A program made the position numbers and the translations under genes. 64,000 nucleotides of DNA from Robbsia sp. KACC 23696 (GTDB lineage Bacteria > Pseudomonadota > Gammaproteobacteria > Burkholderiales > Burkholderiaceae): NCBI RefSeq assembly GCF_039852015.1, contig NZ_CP156626.1:1024249-1088248 (forward strand). The letters run 5' to 3'. The notes beneath the pieces were generated by a model that did no database searches, was not told where the DNA came from, and worked only from the letters and a program-made list of their open reading frames with translations. Below are positions 31,428 to 41,700 of this stretch, one piece after another (position 1 is the first letter of the stretch; each line of letters starts with the position of its first letter).

Positions 31428-32579
31428 TCACGCCGGTTGTCGCAACGTCACCAGCCCGTTCAACACCTGATCCAAGCCACCGAACACGGTGATCTTGTCG
31501 ATGCGCTCCGCCACGCGCTCCAGTGTCTCCAGCTCTTTCATCCGCAACGCCACGGGATTGTCCTCCATCACCTTGGCGGTATTGAGCAGCGATCGCGTCG
31601 CCGCCGTTTCCTCTCGTCGACGAATGACATTGGCTTGCGCCGCCTTTTCCGCTTGCACCACCTGCGCCAGGATCACCTTCATGTCGCCGGGCAGGACGAT
31701 GTCCTTCACGCCGGCACTGTCCAGCGCCATGCCATGGTCCGACAGGTGCTCGGTCACGTGGGCCATCACACTGTCATCGATTGCCGATTTGTTTTCCAGC
31801 AACTCGTCGAGCGTGCGCGTGCCGACCGCTGCGCGCAAGCCGAATTGCAGCGCGCGATACAAATGTTCGGCGGGCTTTTGCAGCTGCATGAAGGCTTTGA
31901 GGACATCGGTATAGCGCCAGGTGGCCGACAGGTTCAAGCGCAAGCCGACTTTGTCTTTTGTCAAAATCTCCTGACCTGAGACGTCGAGCACCTGCATACG
32001 CAAATCGATCAGCTCGATCGCGATATGACGATTGAATTTCCAGTAGGCATGCGCGCCGGGCTGTAGTAACGGCTGGACCTTGCCGTCGATGATCAGGATG
32101 CCGACACTGGATTCCGGCACCTGCAGCGAGAGCACGCCGTCGAGGCCGATCACGCCGCGCTCGCGCATTTGCGTCTGGATCAGACGGGTCACCAGCGTCG
32201 GCGGCAATACGGCGGTTTCATCGATATCGATCACCTCGATCTTCACATCGATCAATCCTTTCCAATACAGGCGACGCGTGCCGGGCGCCAGCACCTCGAT
32301 CAGCACGCCGTTCTCGCTGCGCAGACCAACCTGCGTCTCGCCCAGATCCACCTGCACGAACTCGGCGGCGAGAACGTCGGGTTCGTGCGCCATCAGATAA
32401 GCACTCGCTTCGTGGGTGAATGCCGTTTGTGCCAAGCCGAAGATCTCGGCGTGAAGGCGATCAACCGCGCTGACAAGCCAATGCTTGCCAGGCTGCAGCA
32501 CGCCAGCGAAGTCGCCGTTGCGCAGCAAAATGCCGCGTTCGCTTTTCTTTACGACAACACGCTTGATCGTCACGGCCAT
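31428..32579 (-). CDS. SPFH/band-7 domain protein (flotillin/YqiK-like), no obvious N-terminal TM segment
   Basis: 383 aa. SPFH-like core followed by a coiled-coil-like E/A/Q-rich C-terminus (…AQVVQAEKAAQANVIRRREETAATR…). Confidence 0.6.
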   Translation of the reverse strand: MAVTIKRVVVKKSERGILLRNGDFAGVLQPGKHWLVSAVDRLHAEIFGLAQTAFTHEASAYLMAHEPDVLAAEFVQVDLGETQVGLRSENGVLIEVLAPGTRRLYWKGLIDVKIEVIDIDETAVLPPTLVTRLIQTQMRERGVIGLDGVLSLQVPESSVGILIIDGKVQPLLQPGAHAYWKFNRHIAIELIDLRMQVLDVSGQEILTKDKVGLRLNLSATWRYTDVLKAFMQLQKPAEHLYRALQFGLRAAVGTRTLDELLENKSAIDDSVMAHVTEHLSDHGMALDSAGVKDIVLPGDMKVILAQVVQAEKAAQANVIRRREETAATRSLLNTAKVMEDNPVALRMKELETLERVAERIDKITVFGGLDQVLNGLVTLRQPA

Positions 32580-32844
32580 GCGCTCCAGATGACTTCGGTG
32601 TGTTGCCCGGATTGGGCAATTCGTAAAAAGAAAGTGCCGTTACAGCAGTGGCGGCGGGCCTCGAAGGTCATGGTGTGGGGCATCCCGGCGCGCGTCGGTG
32701 TTTCGCTTTCGCTAAAAGACACCTCGGCTTGCCGCGGGCGAGCACCGGACGGTTTCAAGGCACGGGCCGACACCGCTGATGGGCCGCGTACTGCCCACTT
32801 TCGGCGAGGAGGTCTTGCGACCGGAGGTCAACGTCGACCTGCAT

Positions 32845-32913
32845 TTATCGGTACGGGAATCGAACCCGTTACACACGCATGAACGCCGCGCTACCCAATG
32901 CGCTACACCGATA
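32845..32913 (-). other. Degenerate tRNA-like element (acceptor stem, D-arm, perfect T-arm ACGGG-TTCGATT-CCCGT, but anticodon arm ~5 nt short; no CCA)
   Basis: Minus-strand sequence is TATCGGTGTAGCGCATTGGGTAGCGCGGCGTTCATGCGTGTGTAACGGGTTCGATTCCCGTACCGATAA. The 7-bp acceptor pairing TATCGGT/ACCGATA is present, but the element is 69 nt with no foldable anticodon stem. Confidence 0.4.
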
Positions 32914-32916
32914 AGG

Positions 32917-32968
32917 TGGCCGATCAGGAATCGAACCTGTCGCCATTGCTGGCGCTGCCACAGCGGCC
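32917..32968 (-). other. Truncated tRNA-like element (acceptor-like stem + GNRA hairpin + T-arm; 52 nt)
   Basis: Minus-strand sequence is GGCCGCTGTGGCAGCGCCAGCAATGGCGACAGGTTCGATTCCTGATCGGCCA(CC). It lies directly 5' of the first element. Confidence 0.35.
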
Positions 32969-33259
32969 TACCGACCGTTTTCCGCGAGCACGGCATGCGC
33001 CGACACAACAGGCGCGTCAGAGACGGGCCCGGCTATGGCGCACCGGCGAGGCGGGGGTAAGCCCAAACCCCGGACCTGTGCGTGCTTGCCTTGAACGGTG
33101 GATTTTCGATGCTAGCGTGAGGCGCCGCATCAACCTTCAACAATCCTGGGGACGTGGCGAAGCGGGAGAGGGTGGTGCGTCGGCGCGCCGTGCTCTTGCT
33201 TATATCGTCGGCGCGCCGAGGAGGTGCGGTGGGGGAGATGGACGATGCGCGCGTGACGC

Positions 33260-33667
33260 TCAGTCTTTCGCGCTTTGACCGCCGACCTTCTTCTGAATCA
33301 ATTCGATTTTATAGCCGTCCGGATCTTCGACGAAGGCGATGACCGTGGTGCCGTGCTTCATCGGACCGGCTTCACGGGAAACCTTGCCGCCACGTGCGCG
33401 CACATCGTCGCAGGCTTGCGCGGCGTTTTCCACTTCCAGCGCGATATGGCCGTAGGCGGTGCCGAGTTCGTACTTCTCGGTGCCCCAGTTATAGGTCAGC
33501 TCAATAGCCGACTCTTCGGATTCGTCCCGGTAGCCGACGAACGCCAGCGTGAACTTGCCTTCCGGGTATTCATGCTGGCGCAGCAGCTTCATGCCGAGCA
33601 CGTTGGTGTAGAAGTCGATCGAGCGAGGCAGGTCGCCGACGCGCAGCATCGTGTGCAGGATTCTCAT
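33260..33667 (-). CDS. gloA: Lactoylglutathione lyase (glyoxalase I)
   Basis: [20 protein letters not shown]… and …[11 protein letters not shown]…. 135 aa, typical Ni/Zn GloA. Confidence 0.9.
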   Translation of the reverse strand: MRILHTMLRVGDLPRSIDFYTNVLGMKLLRQHEYPEGKFTLAFVGYRDESEESAIELTYNWGTEKYELGTAYGHIALEVENAAQACDDVRARGGKVSREAGPMKHGTTVIAFVEDPDGYKIELIQKKVGGQSAKD

Positions 33668-34154
33668 AATGTTCTCGGGGATAGATGTTGTAGCTGCAAG
33701 GGCAGCATTTTACCAATACGGGCCGCCTCCCGCCCGCAGGCGGTAGAAACCCCGGGTTCGCGCCTGCTTCAGGCGTAATGTAAAGAAAGACTCTGGTGCT
33801 GCCGAGCGCGTGCGCGAGGCGATAGCGGAGGCGAATTTGGCTGCTTGCCACTAGGATTCGATCGGCCCAAACGCATGCCGGATTGATTTAAACACTTGTT
33901 TTAAGTGTCCAATCGAAATCGGACGCATCGGGAAAATGCTGTGTCGCTTTCCTGCACAGGCACCAGAATTTACTTTCAACGTATTACTTATGTATTACAC
34001 TCGCTTCGCATTGAGATGTAGCACATTGTTACATTTGATCGCGGCGCCCTCCGCCGCGATCGATCGACGTCAGAATTTCTGCTGTTTCAAACTGCTCGCG
34101 CTTTACCTGAAAGCCGGGCGGAATGCATGACATCATTGCGTGTGAGTAGATAGT
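33668..34154. other. AT-rich (low-GC relative to flanks) intergenic tract preceding the heptosyltransferase gene; contains palindromes (ACACTT-gttt-AAGTGT; GATCGCGGCG-ccctc-CGCCGCGATC at 34037-34061)
   Basis: Visible compositional shift (runs of A/T, TTTAAACACTTGTTTTAAGTGTCC, TTACTTATGTATTACAC). A 10-bp perfect inverted repeat lies ~95 nt upstream of the ATG at 34155. Confidence 0.5.
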
Positions 34155-35642
34155 ATGACTAAGCAGTACCGTGATTTGGCAGACGTTGCAGCAAAGACTG
34201 ACGCTGGCTTGGAGGGAGGCGTCGACGCGCGTTTCGCTGGCGCCAGCCAATCGCCTGAGCAGCGCAACGAGCCTGCATCGGCACCGCGTGTAGCGGATGC
34301 ATCGACATCGCCTGCCGTGAGGTCCGCCGTTTCATCGCTTTTCGACGCTGCGGCCAGCGCGGCGCAGACGCAAGCACACGCCGATGCGACACATATCGGC
34401 CTGCCGCGGTCGACGGAAGCGCCCATTGCGCTCGCGTCCACCGCACCCGTCGCAGCGCTTATTCCGTCGGAAAAGAAAGCTTTTGTCGAAGCGCCGGCGG
34501 TGCCGACCCAGCAAGGGGCGGCCAATATCCGCTTCGATTTCAACGACGGCTGCCGTGTGGTTTTGCCTCAGGGGGATTGGCACGTCACGTTGCGCGATAG
34601 GGAAACCGACAACACGCTTTTTGAGACACGCCTGAGCGCCGGCAGCATTGCGAGCAGCAAGAAGTACTACGTGCCATTCTCGATCGACGTCTCTTCGGGC
34701 GGAAATCCGGTCTTCCATCACGATTTCGATCCAAAAGGAAAGCGCGTCCTCATTCAGTTTCCGGTGGGAACGCTCGGCGACCTGGTGGGTTGGTTCCCCT
34801 ATGCGGCGAAGTTTCAGGCGCAACACGGCTGCGAGCTGACGTGTTCGATGTCCGAGCTTATCAGTCCCTTGTTCGCCGCTTGTTATCCGCATATCCAATT
34901 CATCACGCCGGACAAGATCGACGCGTCCTCGTATTACGCGACCTACCGTATCGGGCTGTTCTTCGATGACAGCGCGAACATTCATCAGCCGTGCGACTTT
35001 CGCCTGGTAGGGCTGCACCGCACGGCCGGCTATATTCTGGGCGTCGATCCAGAGGAGTCGCGGCCGCAGGTATCGCTTGCGGACGAGACTCGGCCGATCG
35101 CGGAAAAATACGTCTGTATCGCGACGCAGAGTTCCACGCAGTCGAAGTATTGGAACCACCCGAGCGGCTGGCGTGAAGTCATTGCGTTCTTGAAGTCGAA
35201 TGGCTATCGCGTCATTTGCATCGATCAAAAGCCGACGCATGGCCACGGTCTGGTTTGGAACCATATCCCGCACGGATGCGAGGACGAAACCGGCGACAGA
35301 CCGCTGATGGAGCGCGCACGCTGGCTGAAGCACGCCGATTTCTTTATCGGCCTGTCCAGTGGACTGACGTGGCTTGCCTGGGCGATGCAGACGCCGGTCG
35401 TGATGATCAGTGGATTTACCCATCCATCGAACGAATTCGCGACGCCGCATCGTGTGATCAATTATCACACCTGCAATAGCTGTTGGAACGATCCGCATGT
35501 GCGGTTCGACCATAAGGACTTTCTCTGGTGTCCGCGTCATGCGAATACACCGCGCCAGTTCGAATGCACGCGGCTTATCACGCCGCAGCAGGTGAAATCC
35601 ACCATCTCCCGCATCCCCATCTTCGTCGCACAGCCGCAATAA
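34155..35642 (+). CDS. BAHT/TibC/AAH-family autotransporter-adhesin heptosyltransferase with ~80-aa Ala/Ser/Pro-rich N-terminal extension
   Basis: 495 aa. The C-terminal region HTCNSCWNDPHVRFDHKDFLWCPRHANTPRQFEC has Cys spacing C-x2-C-x15-C-x11-C. This is identical to the TibC iron-finger Cys358/361/377/389 spacing. The gene sits immediately upstream of an AIDA/TibA-like autotransporter. Third-codon positions are lower in G/C than in core genes. Confidence 0.75.
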   Translation: MTKQYRDLADVAAKTDAGLEGGVDARFAGASQSPEQRNEPASAPRVADASTSPAVRSAVSSLFDAAASAAQTQAHADATHIGLPRSTEAPIALASTAPVAALIPSEKKAFVEAPAVPTQQGAANIRFDFNDGCRVVLPQGDWHVTLRDRETDNTLFETRLSAGSIASSKKYYVPFSIDVSSGGNPVFHHDFDPKGKRVLIQFPVGTLGDLVGWFPYAAKFQAQHGCELTCSMSELISPLFAACYPHIQFITPDKIDASSYYATYRIGLFFDDSANIHQPCDFRLVGLHRTAGYILGVDPEESRPQVSLADETRPIAEKYVCIATQSSTQSKYWNHPSGWREVIAFLKSNGYRVICIDQKPTHGHGLVWNHIPHGCEDETGDRPLMERARWLKHADFFIGLSSGLTWLAWAMQTPVVMISGFTHPSNEFATPHRVINYHTCNSCWNDPHVRFDHKDFLWCPRHANTPRQFECTRLITPQQVKSTISRIPIFVAQPQ

Positions 35643-35649
35643 ATGACTC

Positions 35650-35673
35650 GATGGGGCGCCCATGCGCCCCATC
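35650..35673 (+). repeat. Perfect 10-bp inverted repeat GATGGGGCGC-ccat-GCGCCCCATC between heptosyltransferase and autotransporter genes
   Basis: Seen directly. No adjacent U-tract, so it is not a canonical terminator. Confidence 0.6.
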
Positions 35674-35713
35674 GAGAAAATTCGACAAGCAACACTGATA
35701 AGCATTCCTTAAT

Positions 35714-38700
35714 ATGAAGCCCCTTTCGTATCGCCGCAGGTATTGTGTCCACACCTTCGGCCGGCGGCCGCAACGCCTTGCCGGGCTGACCTACGCGATG
35801 CTGGCGGGCGCCGGACTGATCAGCGTGTTCTTTGCGCCCGAGCACGCCTATGCGGATACGGTCGCGGCGGGACAGACGTCCTCCGGCGGTTCGGTATCCA
35901 ATGGCAATCCGCAGTTGGTGTACGGCACCGCAAACAACTACTCGGTGTATTCGTCCGCGACGCAGACGGTTTTCGCCGGTGGCGTCACCAGCGGAACGAC
36001 TGTCTACGGCACGTCGGGGACGCAGGTCGTATCCAGTGGTGGTGTGGCGAACAGCACCACCGTCAACGGCTATTTCGCAAATCAAACCGTATCGAGCGGT
36101 GGCGTGGCGAACAGCACGACCGTCCAATACGGTAGCCAGTCGGTTCTGGCTGGCGGTCATGCCACCGGCACCACGATCGGCAATGCCGGAAGCCAGACGG
36201 TCGCAGCGGGCGGCACGGCCCAGGACACCGCGGTGAGTAGCGGTGGGCGGCTGTATGTCAGTTCAGGAGGTGTTGCAAACAACGTCAATCAGAGCAGTGG
36301 CGGCGCGCTGATCACCAATACGTCGGCGACGGTCAATGGCAGCTCGGTCAATGGAACGTTCACGATCTCGGGCAATCATGCGAGCAATGTACTCGTCGAG
36401 AACGGCGGCTATCTGACGGTGCTCAACGGCGGCTCGGCAGATGCGACGACCATCGGTCGTTCGGGAACGCTGGAAGTGTCGTCAGGCGGCTCGGCAACGA
36501 ACGTCGATCAGTTGGCCGGCGGGGCATTGGTGACGGACACGTCGACAAGTGTGAACGGGTCGAGTACGGCTAGCGGCAGTTTCTCGATCAGCAACAATAC
36601 CGCGACGAATGTCGTCGTCGATGCAGCGGGTCGACTGACCGTCCTGAGCGGCGGCTCGGCGAACGAAACCAGCGTGCTGAGTGGTGGCACCCTGGTGGTC
36701 GGCTCCGGGGGCACCGCCAACGACGTCGATCAACGGAGCGGCGGCGCGTTGCAGACCACGACCTACAACACGGTCATCAGTGGCACGAATCGCAACGGAA
36801 CGTTTTCGATCAGCGCCGGCTCGGCCAGCAATGTCGTCCTCGAAAACGGTGGCTATCTCGATACCGTCGGGGCGACCTCGTCGTTCGATACGACAGTCGG
36901 TTCCGGCGGCTACCAAACGGTCGAGAGCGGTGGCGCGGCCAGCAACACGACAGTGCAGGCCTACGGTCGCCTGACCGTGGCCGCTGGCGGTAGCGCGACA
37001 ATGATATCGCGAGACAACAACGGATCGATCGTCACGAATACGTCGGCCACGCTCGACGGCACCAACACCGCCGACGGGACGGATTTTTCAATTGCATCGA
37101 ATGCCGCGTCCGGTCTCGAACTGGAGTACTACGGCTCGCTGACCGTGTCGAGCGGCGGCACGGCGACGTCGACGACGATCGCGTCTTCTTCGACGATGCT
37201 GGTGAACAGCGGCGGCAGTGCGACATCGACAACGATCAATGGCACCGGTTCGGCCACGATCGCCGCCGGCGGTTCGGCTTCGGCGGTGGCGCTCAACTCG
37301 GGCGGACGCTTGTACGTGTCCGGTGGGGCGACAGCGCTGGAGGTGACGCGGGCCGATGGCGGCGCGCTGATTACCAATACCTCGGCGACATTGGCAGGAC
37401 ACAATGTCTCGGACGATACGGACTTCGCTATCAGCGGTAACGTTGCGACCAATGTCGTTATCGAAAACAGTGGTTCGCTGATCGTCAATAGTGGTGGCGT
37501 CACCAGCAACACGATCGTACGAAACGGCGGCACGGTGACGGTGGCCGTTGGTGGCGTCACGCACGCAACGACGATAAGCGGCGGCGTCACGTCCAACTTC
37601 GGTGCCGAGTACGATACTGTCGTCTCCGGCGGGTCCGACGTGACGGTTGGGACCGCGTCCGGCACACTCGTCGCCGGGGGCACGCAGTATGTCAGTGGCA
37701 CCGCGACGGCGACCACGATCACCGGTGGCTCGCAATACATTTCCGCAATGGGAACGGCGTCTGGCACGACCCTGACGTCGGGATCCCAGTATGTGTATGG
37801 CGCCGCGACGAATACGACGGTCAACGGCGGACAGCAAAGCGTCGGCAGCGGCGGTCGCGCGACGTCGACGACCGTATCGGCCCACGGTACGCAAACGGTC
37901 GCATCGGCAGGGTCGGCTAGCTCGACCACCGTCGATAGCGGCGGCATGCTCAATTTGGCGGCCGGCGGCACGGCAACCACGCTGGTCGTCAGCAGCGGCG
38001 GGGCCTTGATCACGAACACCTCGGCGACGATGACGGGGACGAATGCCGACGGGCAGGCAATGTCGATCGCCGGCGTATCGGCAACCAACCTGATCCTGGA
38101 AAACGGTGGCGCGCTGTCGGTGCTGTCGGGCGGCCAATCGACTGCAACGATCGTTCGCTCCGGCGGCACTGAAACGGTGGCCAGCAGCGCAACGGCGCAC
38201 GGCACCACGGTCAGCAGCGGTGGCACGCAATCGGTCAACGGCGGTGTCGCCAGCGCGACGACGGTCAGCAGTGGCGGCACGCAGACGCTCAACTATGGTT
38301 CGTCGATTGCGACCGTGCTGGACGGCGGTTCGCAGGCACTGAATGGCGGCACGGCCACGAATACCACGGTCAATGCGGGCGGCGTGCAGACCGTTGCCGG
38401 CGGTATCGCGTCGGGCACGACGGTGAATGCCGATGGTAGGCAGACGATTACCGCAGGCTCGGCCATCGGTGCGGTCATCGAAGACGGCGGCCAGCAAGTG
38501 CAAAACGGCGGCACGACGATCGGCACGACTGTCTCCAGCGGCGGCGCGGTCACCGTGAATGCGGGGACGGCGTCGGGGACCGCGCTGCTGGAGGGCGCGA
38601 CGATGTCGATCAACGGCGGTCAATCGGTCGGTACCACGGTGAATGCCGGTGCCGAGCAGACAGTGATCAGTGGCTCTGCATCGTCGACCACCGTGCTGTC

Positions 38701-41700
38701 GGGCGGGCTGTTGACAGTGTCCGGCGGCACTGCCGTACAAGCGGTGCTATCGGGTGGCACGGCGAATATCGGCAGCGGCGGAAAGGCGTCCGGAACGACG
38801 ATCCGCGCGGGCGGCGTTCAAACCGTTGCCAGCGGCGGCCTGGCTTCCGGCTCGGTCGTTTCCTCCGGTGGCGTGCAGAGCCTGGAGGACGGCGCGACTG
38901 CCTCCGGCACGGTCATCGCGTCCGCTGGACAGGAAGTCGTGTCGTCCGGTGCATCCTCTTATAACGGCACCGTGCAAAGTGGCGGTTTGCAAGACGTCTA
39001 CGGCGTGACGAGCGGCATGCTGATCGCCGGTGGGTCGCAGCACCTCTATGACGGTGCAAGTGCCATTTCGGGGTCCGTGACTGCCGGAACGCAGTATGTC
39101 GACGACGGCGCGGTGGTATCGGGCACCGTCATCTCGGGGACGGGCGTGCAGTCCGTCATGAGCGGCGGACAGGCAAACGGCGTGACGGTCGGCGGGGGTT
39201 CGCAAATCGTGGCGAGCGGGGCAAGCGCCGATGCCACGACCATCACGGCGGGCGGTTTGCAAACGGTGGCGGGATCCGCGACGAACGCCGTCGTCAGCAG
39301 CGGCGGCACTCAGACTGTCAGCGGTGGTGCGGTATCGGGAACCACGGTCGCCGGCGGCACGCAGATCGTCTCCTCGGGTGGCACGGCGACGTTGACGACA
39401 CTGACCGGCGGCAACCAGATCATCGGTGCAGGCGGTTCCGTCACCTCGACGACATTGACTGGCGCGACGCAAACGATCACGTCCGGGGGCGTTGCCACCA
39501 GTACGATGGTGAACGCCGGCGCGACGCAGAACGTCTCAGCCGGTGGTGTGGTGAGCAATACGACCGTGGCAAGCGGCGGCATACAGAATGTGCTGAGCAA
39601 CGGTGTGGCGTCGGCCACCACGGTGGGCAATGGCGGCACGCAAAACGTCGCGTCTGGTGGTACGGCATCGGAAGTTCATGTGCAAAGCGGGGGCCTGCAG
39701 ACGATCACCGACGGATCGATCGTCACGGACATCACCGTCGAATCGGGCGGTACCCAAGCGGTGCTGACGGGTGGCACCGCGAGCGGTACCGCGGTGAGCA
39801 GCGGCGGAACACAGACTGTCAGCTCGGGCGGCACGATCAACACGGCCGTCAGCGCGGGTGGGACGCAAACGGTGGCGGACGGCGGCGTCAGCACCAGTGC
39901 GACGGTCAACGGTACGCAGACGGTGAGCGGGACCGGCGTCGTCTCGGGATCGCAAGTGTCGAGCGGCGGCAGCGTCATCGCCTCGTCCGGTGGCGTGGCG
40001 ACCGGCACTGTCGTCAATAGCGGCGGGACCTTGTCGGTGCTAGGCGGTGGTACATCGTATGCGACGATCGTCAACAGTGGCGGCCTCGAGTATGTCGACG
40101 GCGTGATCGAAGGCTATGCCTACGGCACCACGGTCAATAGCGGCGGCGTCCAGGAAGTCGCGTTCGGCGGTTATGCGAGCGGTACCACGGTGCACAGTGG
40201 CGGGGTACAAACGGTCGATTCGGCCGGCTCGGCCGTGACGACCTTGCTCGATGGCGGCGCGCAGATCGTGTCGTCCGGCGGCTATGCCAGCGCTACGACA
40301 TTGCAGGCCAATGCGACGCAGACGATTCAAGCAGGGGGCTATGCGACCGACAGCATCGTGGGCTCCGGAACGCTCATCGTCTATGGCACGGCCGATGCGA
40401 TCACGACGGCGAACGGTGCAACCATTACCGGGACCGGCGTCGTCGATTCGGCTTTGACGATGAACAGCGGTAGCACGCTCGTGGCGAATACGATCGGCAG
40501 CGGTTTGACGGTGCAAGGCGATCTGACGCTGGCGTCCGGCTCGACCTATGCCGTGTCGAGTAATGCGCAAAGCCAGAGTGGCGTCACCCAGGTGTTGGGC
40601 AATGTGACGCTCGGAAGCGGTGCCACGCTTGCCATTACCGCGCTGTCGGGCGTCTATACCGCCGGCCTCACCTATACGGTGCTGACCTATACCGGAACGG
40701 AGACGGGGACGTTCGGTACCGTGACGTACAACCTCGCCTATCTCGATCCGATCGTGAGTTATTCGGGTGGGACGATCTCGTACACGCTGAAGGAAGTCGC
40801 CGATTTTGCGCGTCCGGCGGTACGCACGAATCAGGCGGCGTTCGGTAACGCGTTGACGCTGGCTTATCGCAGCAACCGTCTCGATCCGATCGCGCTGCAG
40901 TTGCTGCCGATGACAAACGATCAGGCGCGAGCCGCGTTGACGTCGCTCTCCGGTGACGAAGCACTGGCTTTCACGCAGATGGCCGAACGCCGGATGAACA
41001 GTGCGCAGTACGCCGTGTCGGATCGCCTGTCTCTGGTCGCGCCGGCCGCGCAGCGTAGCGGTGACAGCGGCGCGGTGCCGACGTCGCGTGATGCGTGGGC
41101 AAGCTTCAGCCATGACAGCACGCGGGCCGGGGGCAGCGACACCAGCGGGACGGGAAGCTATATCGATCGGACGTTCGCCTTGTCATTCGGGCATGACCGC
41201 CAAGTCTCGGAAAACCTGCGCGCAGGGGCCGGTATCAGTGCGAACGATGACACGGTCAGCTATGGCGATCGCAGCAGTAATGCGCGTCAGGACGGCGCGC
41301 AGCTGATGCTTTACGGCGTGTACACGCCGTCGGCGACGCCATTCTTCATCAAGGGCGTTGCAAGCGTGGGTTGGTGGGAGAACACGCTCACGCGTAATCC
41401 GACGGTCGGATCGTTGACGGGGCGTACGCGTGGTTCCTTCGACACGACCGGTGAAGCGTTGTACCTGGAAGCGGGAATGACCGTGCCGACCGCGTTCGGT
41501 ACCGTGCAGCCCTATGCGGGCGTGAGCGGCGGCCGTTACCAGCAACAGGGTTTCGCCGAATCGACCAGCGCGGGGAGCAGTGTGATGGATCTGCGCTATA
41601 ACGGCACCCATACCACTGCCATGTCGACGTTGCTCGGTGTTCGCTACGCGCATTCGGGCATCACGTTGGGCCACAGCGCGACGTCATGGCAAGCCGACGC

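Noticed and set aside
32845-32968. Calling the two T-arm-containing elements intact tRNA genes
   Set aside because: Manual folding shows one lacks a pairable anticodon stem (69 nt) and the other lacks a D-arm (52 nt). Neither encodes CCA. They are kept as tRNA-like relics.
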